A stretch of DNA of 64,000 nt from Limisphaerales bacterium (GTDB lineage Bacteria > Verrucomicrobiota > Verrucomicrobiia > Limisphaerales > JAJOIW01): NCBI GenBank assembly GCA_965657355.1, contig CBFHOE010000003.1, positions 277,520-341,519 of the forward strand, in the 5' to 3' direction. The position numbers were made by a program, and so were the translations under genes. Below the pieces are notes generated by a model. That model worked only from the letters and a program-made list of their open reading frames with translations, had not been told where the DNA came from and did no database searches. This document shows, piece after piece, positions 37,999 through 48,566 of this stretch (the first letter of the stretch is position 1; each line of letters begins with the position of its first letter).

Positions 37999-40900
37999 AT
38001 GTGTAAGCAACGAAAAAAAAGTGGCAAAAATCATCAAAATAAGCGTAAGGCAACGTGCGGCTTGGTTTGTTTGATTACTTTTCTATTTCTTGCCTGCACC
38101 CCTGAAAGCCAAGATGGAGTCGAAAAATCTGGAGGAGAGAAAATTGAGTCAGCCGTTGCTGTGGATGCTCAGGACCTAATCGATGAGATAGTGACTGCCC
38201 CTGGCCTTGGTAACGAGAATATCACTTATGTCGCTCCTCTTGCTGATGCATACAGCCGAATCGATCCCACGCGAGACGGGTGGGAAAGTGAGGCTTTCAG
38301 CGAAGCCGCCTCCAAGCAATTGAAAAATCTGGCAAAGGATCTGACAAATCCAAAAAAGGTCAAAACAGGACAATTTTACAATATTTTTGGATCTAGCCCA
38401 TCTCTCAAGGTTCTACCTGAAGATGTAAAACCATTTTATTCCGACGATGTTTTCCAAATCAATCGTGGCGATCTTGAGCAGCTGAAGGAATTCAATGATC
38501 CAAAGCAGGCCATCAAGGCTCTGATGGCACCAATATTGCAGTCTGAAATCATTCAGACAGGAGTTAAACTTTATAAAATTGAGCCGCGGACTGAGGGCGT
38601 CTTCACGCGTGTGATATTCCATGCGACTGGGGAGTCAGAATCTGGTCGCATGCAAATTAACACAGAGTTTGATTGCTTGTGGGAGCCTAACGTCAAAAAG
38701 CCAATGCTCGAAAAAATGACATTGTCGTCCTATGAAGAGGCCATTCGAAAGAGTAAAGATGGGGATCCTTTGTTCTCTGATGTTACCGAAGCTGTTTTTG
38801 ATGGAAATGATGTTTATATAAAGCACTTGATGCGAAGTACGGACCATTGGAGATCCAGAATACCCAGAATATATGGATTGGACGTTGTGGCCAATCACGG
38901 CATAGCACTCGGAGATGTCAATGGTGATGGATTGGATGACCTCTACCTTTGTCAACAAGGTGGCTTGCCTAACCGATTATTTATTCAAAAACCAGATGGG
39001 GCGCTGGCAGATTTTACTGAAGAAAGTGAAACAGGCTGGTTGGATTATTGCTCCAGTTCTCTCATCATAGACGTCGATAATGATGGGCATAGAGATCTGG
39101 TTATCGCTCAGGATTTTAATCTCATTTTTATGCGGAACAATGGAGAGGCCAAGTTTGAGCAAATTTTAAGAATTCCAGCCCATGCCCAAACTTTCTCTAT
39201 AACTGCCGCTGACTATGATGAGGACGGGGATCTAGATATTTTTGCTTGTGGATATAACCCATCAGGAGATCGGATACGTACGGGGGCACTTGGAGAACCC
39301 ATGCCTTATCATGATGCACAAAACGGGGGTAGAAACATTTTTCTCGAAAACCAAGGGGATTGGGCATTTGTCGAGAAAACGTCCGAAGTCGGTTTCGATC
39401 AAAATAATAATAGATTTAGTTTTGCGGCGACATGGGTTGATTTTGACAATGACAATGATCTAGATCTTTATGTTGCCAATGACTACGGCCGAAATAATCT
39501 TTACAGAAATATTGGAGGTAAATTTCAGGACGCAGCCGCTGAGTTGGGTGTCGAAGATATGTCCGCAGGAATGTCAACCAATTGGGCTGATTTTAATCGT
39601 GACGGTGCCTTAGACCTTTATGTAAGTAATATGTTTTCGGCAGCGGGAAACAGAATTACTTTCCAGCGTCAATTTAAGCCGGGTACCTCCACTTCTCTAA
39701 AGGCACAATACCAGCGCCATGCAAGGGGGAACAGTCTCTTTCAGGGAAGTCCAGACGGAGGCCCGTTTCTGGATATTAGTGAATCCCAGGGAGTTGCCAT
39801 AGGAAGATGGGCCTGGGGTTCCAGATTCACCGACATCAATGGCGATGGATGGGAAGACATTGTCGTCGCCAATGGTTTCATATCCACCGAAGACACAGGT
39901 GATTTGTGAAGTGTCTATTGGCGGCAGGTCGTGTCGCAATCACCAGTTGGAAAAATTACCCCAGAAAATACTTTGAAATATCGACAAGGCTGGATGGCCC
40001 TTAACCGATTGCTTCATGAGGACCGTTCATTCAGTGGCAATGAAAGAAATTGTGCTTTTTTAAATTGCGGGGGAGGAAGTTTTGCTGACGTCTCGTCGGT
40101 TACTGGATTTGACTTTACAGACGATGCCAGGAGTTTGGTTGTTTCCGATTGGGATTTTGACGGAGACCTTGATATATGGACCACAGCAAGGACGGCCCCT
40201 CGACTGCGGCTTCTTCTAAACGACTCTAAATCAAACTCGGATTGGATTTCTATCAAGTTAGTTGGAGATAGAAAAAAGATAAATCTGGATGCCATTGGAG
40301 CGAGAGCCGAGCTCTATATTTCCGGGCAACTTATCCCATTCATCAAAACAGTTCATGCAGGTGATGCCTTCTTATCTCAAAATTCAAGCTGGCTACATTT
40401 TGCATTTCCCGAAGGATCCCAAGTTGAAAAATTGGTTGTGCGCTGGCCGGGAGGAATTTTAGAAACCTTTGACACGGGGCTGACGCAAGGAAATAAGTAT
40501 TTGGTTTCTCCAGGTGGGCGACCTTTGGAATGGAAACCTCCAATAAACCGCAAGTCTTTAATTCCATCCCAACCCAAATTAGCTAAACCCGATCCTACAG
40601 CTCGCATTGTTGTTTCTGGGCGCATGCCATTGCCTCCAATATACGTTGTGGAGAATGGAACGGAATCTGAATACCCAGTAACTCAACTTAAAGGGCCTCT
40701 TCTCATTAATCTATGGGCCAGCTGGTGCGCTCCATGCAGGGTAGAACTCAAATCATGGGTGGGGCATTCAGAGGATTTTGAACAGGCTGGCTTACGATTA
40801 CTGGCTCTCAACTCAGAAATAGCTTCTAAATCTGCAGCTGATAAGTTTTTAAAATCAATAAATTTTGGTTTTGAATCTCGTGATACCTCACCAAAAACGG

Positions 40901-41877
40901 TTCGCAACCTCGATTTATTTCAAAGATCGATGCTGGATAGATGGACGGACCTGCCTGTTCCGAGTAGTTTCCTCTTAGACAAGTCGGGAAGGGTTGCCGT
41001 CATATACAAAGGCCCAGTTGAAGCAAAACAGATCCTTTCGGATTTGGAGCTTTTGGGAATGTCTCCAACTGAAGTCAGGGATGCTTCAGTCCCATTTGCT
41101 GGTCGATGGAGTTTTCCTCCCGCGAGCGGTAATCCGCTTTTAGTCAATTCGCAATTTGTCTCTGCAAATGAATACAACGAAGGCGTTGTTTATCTAAAAC
41201 GATATGCCACGTTAGCTCAGGATACTGGTCAACTTTCTCAAAAGGGACTCGGAGATGTCCATTATGTGATAGGCGTTATCGAAAGGAATAATGGAAATTT
41301 GCAAGGAGCCGAGGAGACCCTAGTTAAAGCGCAGCAATTTTCGCCAGATGATTTTCGTATACAGCGTGATTTGGCAGAGCTCTTTATCGAAACTCGGCAA
41401 TTCGGAAATGCCTCTGAGCAAGTTTCCAAAATGATGTCTCATGCACCCCAGAACACAGAAGCTAAAAGACTCCAGGGACAAGTCTTAATGGGAAAAGCTA
41501 ATCAGCTGAACGAGGCAGGCGAAGCAGCAAAAGCAATCCCACTATACCGGTCTGCTCTGCGTGCAAATAACAAGCTTTTGTCTGCCGCAAATAATCTTTC
41601 TCTTATTCTCTCTACATCTGCTGACCCAGATTTGCGAAACCCTGAAGAAGCTAAAGCTCTTGGTCAAGTCCTTTGCCGATTAACTAAAAACAAAAATCCT
41701 GAGTATTTGGAGACATATGCTTTTGCTCACGCCAGCGCTGGAGATTTTCAGAGCGCGTTGAAATTCTCAAAGGCGGCTCGCAAATTATACGAGGCTGCCA
41801 ATAATCAATCCAAGGTCTCCGAGATAGATGCACGCATTAGAGATTATGAGGAGACTAAATCTCAGCCAAAGCCGTGA
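37999..41877 (+). CDS. FG-GAP repeat / ASPIC-UnbV / thioredoxin / TPR lipoprotein with in-frame TGA at 39907-39909 (candidate selenoprotein; ORF track splits it into 37960-39909 and 39931-41877)
   Basis: Lipobox FLA-C; FG-GAP repeats (GDVNGDGLDDLY, DYDEDGDLDI, DFDNDNDLDLY, DFNRDGALDLY, DINGDGWEDI, DWDFDGDLDI) on both sides of the TGA; ASPIC/UnbV (AIGAR...SQNS..LHF...VRWPGG); WASWCAPC; TPRs. Both ORFs are in the same frame. Confidence 0.8.
39917..39940 (+). promoter_or_regulatory. Bacterial SECIS-like hairpin
   Basis: ATTG-G-CGGCA-[GGTCG]-TGTCG-CAAT. The apical loop starts with G after a 17-nt spacer from the UGA; it shares GCAGGTC with the E. coli fdhF SECIS. Confidence 0.6.
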
Positions 41878-41929
41878 TTTTCAAGTTGGTGTTTTTATTT
41901 GGCTTCCTTTCATTTAAAAAATCGGATTT

Positions 41930-42271
41930 ATGGAAGAACAAAAATTGAATTCTTTCCGTTCGCAATTGCTCAGGCTGAAGACCGAGCTTGAGAATCTGAG
42001 TCAATCCTCTAGCGAGCAAGCGAAGCCGGTTACTCTCGACCAGACAAGTGTTGGCCGGCTCTCCAGGATGGATTCTATCCAAGGGCAGCAAATGGCCATA
42101 GAGCTGAAAAGAAGGCGCCAATCTCAATTAGCCAAAATTAAAGCAGCACTCAAAAGAATTGATGACGGAAAATATGGCTTTTGTTTAGGCTGCAAAAATC
42201 AAATTAATAGACACCGTCTCGAATTCGATCCGACGCACACCCTTTGCGTAGATTGCGCAGAAAAAATCTGA
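41930..42271 (+). CDS. TraR/DksA C4-type zinc-finger protein
   Basis: VGRLSRMDSIQ, ALKRIDDGKYGFCLGC...RL..P...LCVDC. Confidence 0.9.
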   Translation: MEEQKLNSFRSQLLRLKTELENLSQSSSEQAKPVTLDQTSVGRLSRMDSIQGQQMAIELKRRRQSQLAKIKAALKRIDDGKYGFCLGCKNQINRHRLEFDPTHTLCVDCAEKI

Positions 42272-43149
42272 TAATGAGGATGACCCGTCTGGTTTAACCT
42301 TGGTGGCATATAAGCTATTCTCTAAAACATCTATGGATGTCATTACCCAATTATTATTCGGGATTACCAATGTCGCTTTTTAATTTTTGTTCCTGCATTG
42401 TTCTTCTTTCCACGGGCACATCCCGATGGCTTTCAAGAAATTACGTCAAAATTTCCCGCTTCGGATGACCAACCCATTAGTGAAATAACGGATGCCCTTT
42501 CGGATGGCTTTTCCATGGTGCTTTCTGGCATATTCTCCGCTAAATCTTTTCTTTTTGTGGTTTTGAGAGGGGCCCGTTTGAATAAAATAACCAGGCTATT
42601 TCCCTGATGTTTTCTCCTAATAAGACTTATCTTGCCTTCCATTTCACTCACTTATTTGGATATCTCATTTTACGCTTTCTTGGCGCCAGACGACGCTTCT
42701 GTCCAGGAACTCCAACGGTAATTTGCAGTTCTTTAACGATCCCTGCTCGCATAGAAGTAATCTCAAATTAAATAAATATATTCATCAATGCCCTACCTTT
42801 GCTGGCCACATATACATCCCTGAACCGGTTCTCCCAGGGTATTCCCGATCGCTTCATTGGTGCTATATACCAATCGGTGAAAAATTCCTCAGCTTGCATC
42901 GGGTTGTGAAAGTAAGCCTGTTCCTGATCTTCAAAAATAATTCTCCATTCACCACGCGGCCCGCCTGAAGAACAACCCGGCCCCAAAACTTAAATATCCG
43001 ACTAGATCTGGGGGAGCTCATAACATTCAGAAAATAGAAATGTTAATAATTTTGTTTCAAACACCAGTTTATATAAAAAAAATTAAAATCGGCTTGCAAG
43101 TCAATGGTTCAGCTGTTTTACTTCTTGCCCTTTTAAATTGGGAATCATT

Positions 43150-43413
43150 ATGGCACGAATTTGTCCATTAACCGGTAAGAGGCCTGTAAAAGGTCGTAGT
43201 ATAGTTCGCAGCGGTAAAGCGAAAAAAGAAGGTGGTATAGGCACGCACGTTGTTAAATCGACGAAGCGCAAGTGGTATCCGAACCTGCAGCGTGTGAAAT
43301 GTGTCATCGACGGCGAGGTGCGGTATGTTCGCGTAGCAGCGAGTGCTATCAAAAAGGGGCTAGTGGTAAAGCCGCCAAAACGAACCTGGAAGCCAAAATC
43401 AGAACGCGACTAA
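43150..43413 (+). CDS. rpmB: 50S ribosomal protein L28
   Basis: MARICPLTGKRP...GKAKKEGGIG...TKRKWYPNLQ. Confidence 0.95.
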   Translation: MARICPLTGKRPVKGRSIVRSGKAKKEGGIGTHVVKSTKRKWYPNLQRVKCVIDGEVRYVRVAASAIKKGLVVKPPKRTWKPKSERD

Positions 43414-43456
43414 AATCGAGTCCCACTTCAAAAAGCTGAATAATTTAATTTCTGAG

Positions 43457-43488
43457 AGCCCCTAGAGTCCCTAGGGGCTTTTATTTTT
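43457..43488 (+). terminator. Rho-independent terminator
   Basis: AGCCCCTAG-AGTCC-CTAGGGGCT followed by TTTATTTTT. Confidence 0.85.
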
Positions 43489-43534
43489 GTCAGCACTGTG
43501 ATACTTTTACCAAGGTCTGCGAATATGAAATGGA

Positions 43535-44350
43535 GTGAAAAAGGAGGGCCTTCTCGAAATGTTTAGCCCGTGGAAGTTATTCATCCCAGCTCTGGTTATT
43601 CTGAGTTGGGGCCCACTCTCTGGGTGTTATCGTGAATCCGAAATTCGCATTTCCACTCCTATGACCGAGTCTGCCGAATTCGTAGGCAATTCGAGTTGTG
43701 AAACTTGTCATCAGCGTTATATCGATGAATTTGGCTCGAGCCCACACGGACAATTTCACAACGAAAATGATTTGGTTGGGAAGTCCGGAGAGACTGGCTG
43801 TGAAAGCTGCCACGGTCCTGGAAGTCTTCACGTGGCTTCTGGTGGTAATAAAAAGGGTTTGATTGTCAACCCAGGAAAAAACCCTGAGTCGTGCTTGCAA
43901 TGTCATATCTCGCAGCATGCTCAGTTTAGGTTTCCTTACCGGCATCCTGTCATTGAAGGGCGGATGAATTGCGTGGATTGCCACGATCCCCATGGCCAAA
44001 ACATTTTTAGACCGGCGGGCGGGCTCATTAGCAAAACTTCAAGGCAGTTCTGTGGGGAGTGTCATCCGGCACAATCGCACGCATTTGTCTTCGAGCATGC
44101 AGCGATGACAGATGGATGCCAATCATGCCACGAACCGCACGGATCTCCTAACCGGAAGATGTTAACGACACCTGGTCCTAATTTGTGTTTGAAATGTCAT
44201 GCACAAGTTGTCGGGCCGTCTATTGCGCCAGGAAATTTAATCATAGGTGCCATTGACCACAGTAATTTCGTGAGTCAGGGAACTTGTTGGAGCTCAGGCT
44301 GCCACACAGCGGTTCACGGATCGAATGTTCAACCGACACTTCTTTATTAG
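43535..44350 (+). CDS. DmsE/MtrA-like multiheme cytochrome c (7 CXXCH + 1 CX4CH), probable lipoprotein
   Basis: CETCH, CESCHGPGSLH, CLQCH, CVDCHDPHG, CGECH, CQSCHEPHGS, CLKCH, CWSSGCHTAVHGSN; lipobox LSG-C. Confidence 0.88.
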   Translation: MKKEGLLEMFSPWKLFIPALVILSWGPLSGCYRESEIRISTPMTESAEFVGNSSCETCHQRYIDEFGSSPHGQFHNENDLVGKSGETGCESCHGPGSLHVASGGNKKGLIVNPGKNPESCLQCHISQHAQFRFPYRHPVIEGRMNCVDCHDPHGQNIFRPAGGLISKTSRQFCGECHPAQSHAFVFEHAAMTDGCQSCHEPHGSPNRKMLTTPGPNLCLKCHAQVVGPSIAPGNLIIGAIDHSNFVSQGTCWSSGCHTAVHGSNVQPTLLY

Positions 44351-44379
44351 TGGCTCAACCAAGAGAGATCAATAAGCCC

Positions 44380-46812
44380 ATGTATCCGATTTGGAAAATA
44401 GTTTCTTTTTGGTCCTTGTTTCTCCTCCTTTCCTTCAAGGGGCTTGTTTACGGTGAAGATTTAGATTGGTCCGAGGGAGTAAATCTAAAAGCGATTCCTG
44501 AGGCTATAGGTCGAAAGGTGGATTTTAAGTCCGAGGTCTGGCCCATATTAGATAGGCATTGCATAAAGTGCCACGGTTCCTCGAAACCTCAATCAGGTTA
44601 TCGGATGACGAGCCGAGAACTCGCCATTGAATCGGGAGACTACGGTGGAAATATCATCGTTGGTGATGGGTTTAGAAGTCCGTTAATTCACTTTGTGGCC
44701 TACGCTATTGAAGATTGGGAGATGCCTCCGATTGACGACAGAGAGGGAAACAAAAAACTTAGCTTGAAGGAGATATCCATTTTGCGTGCGTGGATAGATC
44801 AAGGAGTTGAATGGGAAGAGGTATCACCTCAAGTTGTCAGTGCCAATGTAAAGTCTACCGCCAGAATTTGGTGGGTAGAGGGCAATAAGAATCAGTTTCG
44901 GCAGCTTCAGGGATATAGGGAGGATGATGGTGCTGGGCTGACCTCATTCTCTCTTAACAACCCGGTAAAAGACGGTGCTGAGTGGTATTTAAACGGATCT
45001 GTATGGGATCGTCCTGACGAATACAAACTTTCTATTGGATATGACCAGCCATCGGGTATTTGGTTCGAAAGTGGAATAGAACAATGGAAATCATTTGATA
45101 CTGCGACCGGTGGGTATTGGAGTCAATTTTCAAACCCAGCGCCAGTGCTTCCTGGAATCATAGCCCAGACGCACAAGGATTTTTATTTCAAGTGGGGCAT
45201 TCAAAGTGATGATGGTCCCAGTCTTTCTGTCTCTTACAACATTGCCTCTGTGGATGGACAGAAGTCACTCACATCATTTGGCCCTGTAGCTCAAATGATA
45301 GGCTCTAATTATACCTTGCGATCAATAAGGCCTGCGACCAAAGACCGGGATAATCAAGTGCATCGTTTGGACATACTTCTTAAATCCAGCGAGGACACGA
45401 ATCTTTATTGGGAGGATCAAGCCACGATCGTATGGCAATCTCTTGATGAGACCAGAAGTGAGTATGCTTCATTCGGGGCTGGAGTGCCTAGTCCTGAAGA
45501 AAGGGTAGACCGCAGAGACACCTGGGATTCTTTACGTGGTTCCAATTCCATTCGAATGCTCAAAAAACTCGATGATATGTGGCAACTTTCTTTGGGGCAT
45601 TCTTTCGCCCTCATGGAGGGTGAATCAGTTTTTGCTGAGAATTTCATAGGGCTAAGCTCTCCCTTTTCTTTTCAGGGGCCTGTGGGACAAGGGATTATTT
45701 TGAACCAGCATAGCCAAATGGGGAACGTTAACCTAAGCAGTGGACCGTGGTTTGGTGCCGTGAATTTCACATCCGGAATTCAGTTTGATTGGCTTACCCA
45801 AGATGGAGAAGGGCAAATTATACCTTTTCCTGGGGCTAATCCACAGACCTTGGATACAGGTTGGGATCAAACGCGATTTACAGAGTATTTAAGAGCAAAC
45901 TATACAGGGTTAAAGAAACAGACGATATACGTTGAAACGAGATTCCGCCAGATGGGGTATGATCAGAGTGAGTTACTCGAAACTGTCGTCAACCGAATGA
46001 CGGAAGCGGACCACCGGTACGGCCAGTATTCTGCTGGATGGCAGATGAGGCCGCATTCTAAATTAGGCATACATCTGAGAGGAAAGCTCTCTCACGAGAT
46101 AACGGAATTCAATCATCCATTGGATCAGGAATTTGGAGTTCAGGGTAATGGATATCCCGCCTTTTTGAGAGATCGTTATTCGGAAAGTATGGAGTTGGAT
46201 GCACGAATATCTTGGAGGCCTCACAGCCAGCTGCAATTTGAGAAAAATTACAAATGGGCTAAGACTGACTTTGAGACGACAACTGATGCGGCCAGAGATT
46301 TCAGCGGTTCGATTCTTTCCCCGGGGGGGAATATAGATTCTGCTGAATACGAGACTCATACGACGGGATTGACGATGACATGGACGCCTGCCCCTCGAGT
46401 TCACGGAACGGTTCATGGCAATGTTACTCGTTGGGATATGGCTAGCCAGGCCAATGGTTTTGCTGGTGTGTCACCTTTCAAGGGGTGGACATGGTGGGCC
46501 GGCACATATTGGTCTTACATTCTTAATACGAAGACGAATGTATTTTTCTCCGGGGATATAAACAGGGCTCATTTTTTTGATGGTGATAGTGGTTTTGCTT
46601 TTGCCCATGGACTGGATTATTTGTGGAAAAGGGCTCGGGCTGGAATACATCACAAATTGCGTCCTAACTTTAGTGCCTTTGCTGAATATTCATTTTCTAT
46701 CTGGGATCAGCCATCTTTTGGCGGATTCAATGACTTCGAAGCTCATGGGATCTTTATTGGATTTGACTGGGATCTTGAAGTGGAGAAAAAACAAAAAAAA
46801 TCGAAGAATTAG
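44380..46812 (+). CDS. Planctomycete-type cytochrome c domain fused to an MtrB/PioB-like outer-membrane beta-barrel
   Basis: VDFKSEVWPILDRHCIKCHG...MPP...ILRAWIDQG, then about 650 aa of amphipathic beta-strands ending AHGIFIGFDWDL; follows the MtrA-like gene. Confidence 0.72.
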   Translation: MYPIWKIVSFWSLFLLLSFKGLVYGEDLDWSEGVNLKAIPEAIGRKVDFKSEVWPILDRHCIKCHGSSKPQSGYRMTSRELAIESGDYGGNIIVGDGFRSPLIHFVAYAIEDWEMPPIDDREGNKKLSLKEISILRAWIDQGVEWEEVSPQVVSANVKSTARIWWVEGNKNQFRQLQGYREDDGAGLTSFSLNNPVKDGAEWYLNGSVWDRPDEYKLSIGYDQPSGIWFESGIEQWKSFDTATGGYWSQFSNPAPVLPGIIAQTHKDFYFKWGIQSDDGPSLSVSYNIASVDGQKSLTSFGPVAQMIGSNYTLRSIRPATKDRDNQVHRLDILLKSSEDTNLYWEDQATIVWQSLDETRSEYASFGAGVPSPEERVDRRDTWDSLRGSNSIRMLKKLDDMWQLSLGHSFALMEGESVFAENFIGLSSPFSFQGPVGQGIILNQHSQMGNVNLSSGPWFGAVNFTSGIQFDWLTQDGEGQIIPFPGANPQTLDTGWDQTRFTEYLRANYTGLKKQTIYVETRFRQMGYDQSELLETVVNRMTEADHRYGQYSAGWQMRPHSKLGIHLRGKLSHEITEFNHPLDQEFGVQGNGYPAFLRDRYSESMELDARISWRPHSQLQFEKNYKWAKTDFETTTDAARDFSGSILSPGGNIDSAEYETHTTGLTMTWTPAPRVHGTVHGNVTRWDMASQANGFAGVSPFKGWTWWAGTYWSYILNTKTNVFFSGDINRAHFFDGDSGFAFAHGLDYLWKRARAGIHHKLRPNFSAFAEYSFSIWDQPSFGGFNDFEAHGIFIGFDWDLEVEKKQKKSKN

Positions 46813-46898
46813 CCTGCTAACTATTGACACACAATGTAGTGAGAGTGACTTTAGGCCAGGCTCTATCAAACATAGACCCCAATTATAAGCCAAATTTC

Positions 46899-47678
46899 AT
46901 GAATAAAATTAAGGACCAACCATCGCGTCGTAACTTTATAAAAACCTTTGCATATGTGGCTGCTGCAGGGTGCGGTTTGAAGAAACTTTGTGGGAACTCA
47001 GCCATAGGCGCGCTACTACCTGAGCCTGCTACTGGTGCTGGTTATATCCACCTCAAGACCCAAGATTTTCCAGAGATGAAAACCAATGGGCAAACCTTGA
47101 GATTGGGATTCACAGCAATTTCCGGAGGAGGGAGCCAACGCCGCCCGGTGAATACGACTTTTTTTCCATTACTTATCACGCGCAATGGTCCTGGTGATTA
47201 TTTTGTGGTTGATTCCAATTGTACACACGCTAGTTGGATGGTTCAGCAATCCGGAACTCGACTACGCTGTCCTGTCCACGGTTCGCAGTGGCAATTGGAT
47301 GGAACCCGGATTAGTGGTCCGGCTTCCGCTCCTTTGAAAAAGTATGACTTCGTATGGCAGCCTACTGGCGAGGGATCCGAAGGCACTCTTTCTATAGAAG
47401 TTCCCAAACTTGGATACTCCATAGAATTACAGCCAGTTGAAGAGGGCGAATTTCTTGAATTTAAGTTTTTGGCCAGGCGCGCGATCAAATATCAAATCCT
47501 GTTTCGTGAATCGTTCTCGGAAAGCTGGCAAGTTGTCGAGCACGCCCAAACAAAGGGTCAGGAGCCAAATCAAACTCAGTTTGTTAAAAATGATTTCGAC
47601 TCATTTGTGAATATCTGGGTGAAAAAACCAAATGCCCAGGGGTTTTTTGGTATCAACAATATTGTTGAAAAAGTTTGA
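46899..47678 (+). CDS. Tat-exported Rieske [2Fe-2S] protein with C-terminal beta domain
   Basis: SRRNFIK Tat motif; CTHAS...CPVHGSQW..DGTRISGPA..PL. Confidence 0.88.
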   Translation: MNKIKDQPSRRNFIKTFAYVAAAGCGLKKLCGNSAIGALLPEPATGAGYIHLKTQDFPEMKTNGQTLRLGFTAISGGGSQRRPVNTTFFPLLITRNGPGDYFVVDSNCTHASWMVQQSGTRLRCPVHGSQWQLDGTRISGPASAPLKKYDFVWQPTGEGSEGTLSIEVPKLGYSIELQPVEEGEFLEFKFLARRAIKYQILFRESFSESWQVVEHAQTKGQEPNQTQFVKNDFDSFVNIWVKKPNAQGFFGINNIVEKV

Positions 47679-47710
47679 TTAGAAGTTGACTCATTCCCTC
47701 TCCACTCGCG

Positions 47711-48376
47711 ATGGATATTTCAATAGCTGTTGCCACAGGTAACAAGCACAAGCTCCAAGAAATCGCTGTTATCTTAGGCCTGAGTCCTGAGTCGATTTAC
47801 TCATCGCATGATTTTGAAGGTTTTCTTGATCCTGTCGAGGATGGGGAGTCCTTTGCTGAAAACGCTACGATAAAAGCGAAAGCATTAGCTCAATTCATCC
47901 AATCACAACACCCGCACCATCCCTTCCTATGTGGTCCTGGATTGAAGTTAGTCATATCAGACGACAGCGGCCTCGAAGTGGATGCATTAGGTGGACGACC
48001 AGGTATTCATTCTGCACGATTCGCTTCAACTGAACTTGGTATTGAAGGTAATTCTCCTGATTCATCAAATAATGAGAAGTTACTGAGGCTTTTAAGCACA
48101 ACAGATCCTGATAAGAGGCAATCAAGATTTGTTTGTGTCATCGCTTGTCTGCCTCTAAATGCACCGGTGATGAATGTTCAGACGTTCCATGGGGATTGTC
48201 CTGGGCGTATTTCCAATACACCTTCAGGACTTCATGGTTTTGGATACGATCCGCTCTTCATTCCCGATGGATATGAAGAGTCGATGGCCGAATTGGGGGA
48301 GCATACGAAGTCAAAAATTAGTCACCGGTCAAGAGCCCTAGAGGGATTTAAAAAATACCTCCACTCCATTTTATAA
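47711..48376 (+). CDS. rdgB: Non-canonical purine NTP pyrophosphatase (RdgB/HAM1)
   Basis: ATGNKHKLQE, ENATIKA, SDDSGLEVDALGGRPGIHSAR, GFGYDPLF, ISHRSRA. Confidence 0.95.
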   Translation: MDISIAVATGNKHKLQEIAVILGLSPESIYSSHDFEGFLDPVEDGESFAENATIKAKALAQFIQSQHPHHPFLCGPGLKLVISDDSGLEVDALGGRPGIHSARFASTELGIEGNSPDSSNNEKLLRLLSTTDPDKRQSRFVCVIACLPLNAPVMNVQTFHGDCPGRISNTPSGLHGFGYDPLFIPDGYEESMAELGEHTKSKISHRSRALEGFKKYLHSIL

Positions 48377-48566
48377 TTCGTTACCATTTGCCCGGCTTTT
48401 GGCCCCACAACTAAGCTATCGGGCACTTTTTCGCGGAGAAAACGTTCTCTCAATGAAAGGCTTAATAACTCCAATTAAACCATGGAAAAATGTTTCACTT
48501 CTTCGTTTTTCTGGTATTATTGGGAAAATGTCTCTTTCAAACGTTAGAGACCAACCTTTACTAACC

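Noticed and set aside
39907..39909. Genome-wide UGA reassignment (code 4 or 25) as the cause of the in-frame TGA
   Set aside because: Other genes end normally at TGA (aspS 8102-8104, 20588-20590, dksA 42269-42271), and no conserved gene in the window has internal TGAs.
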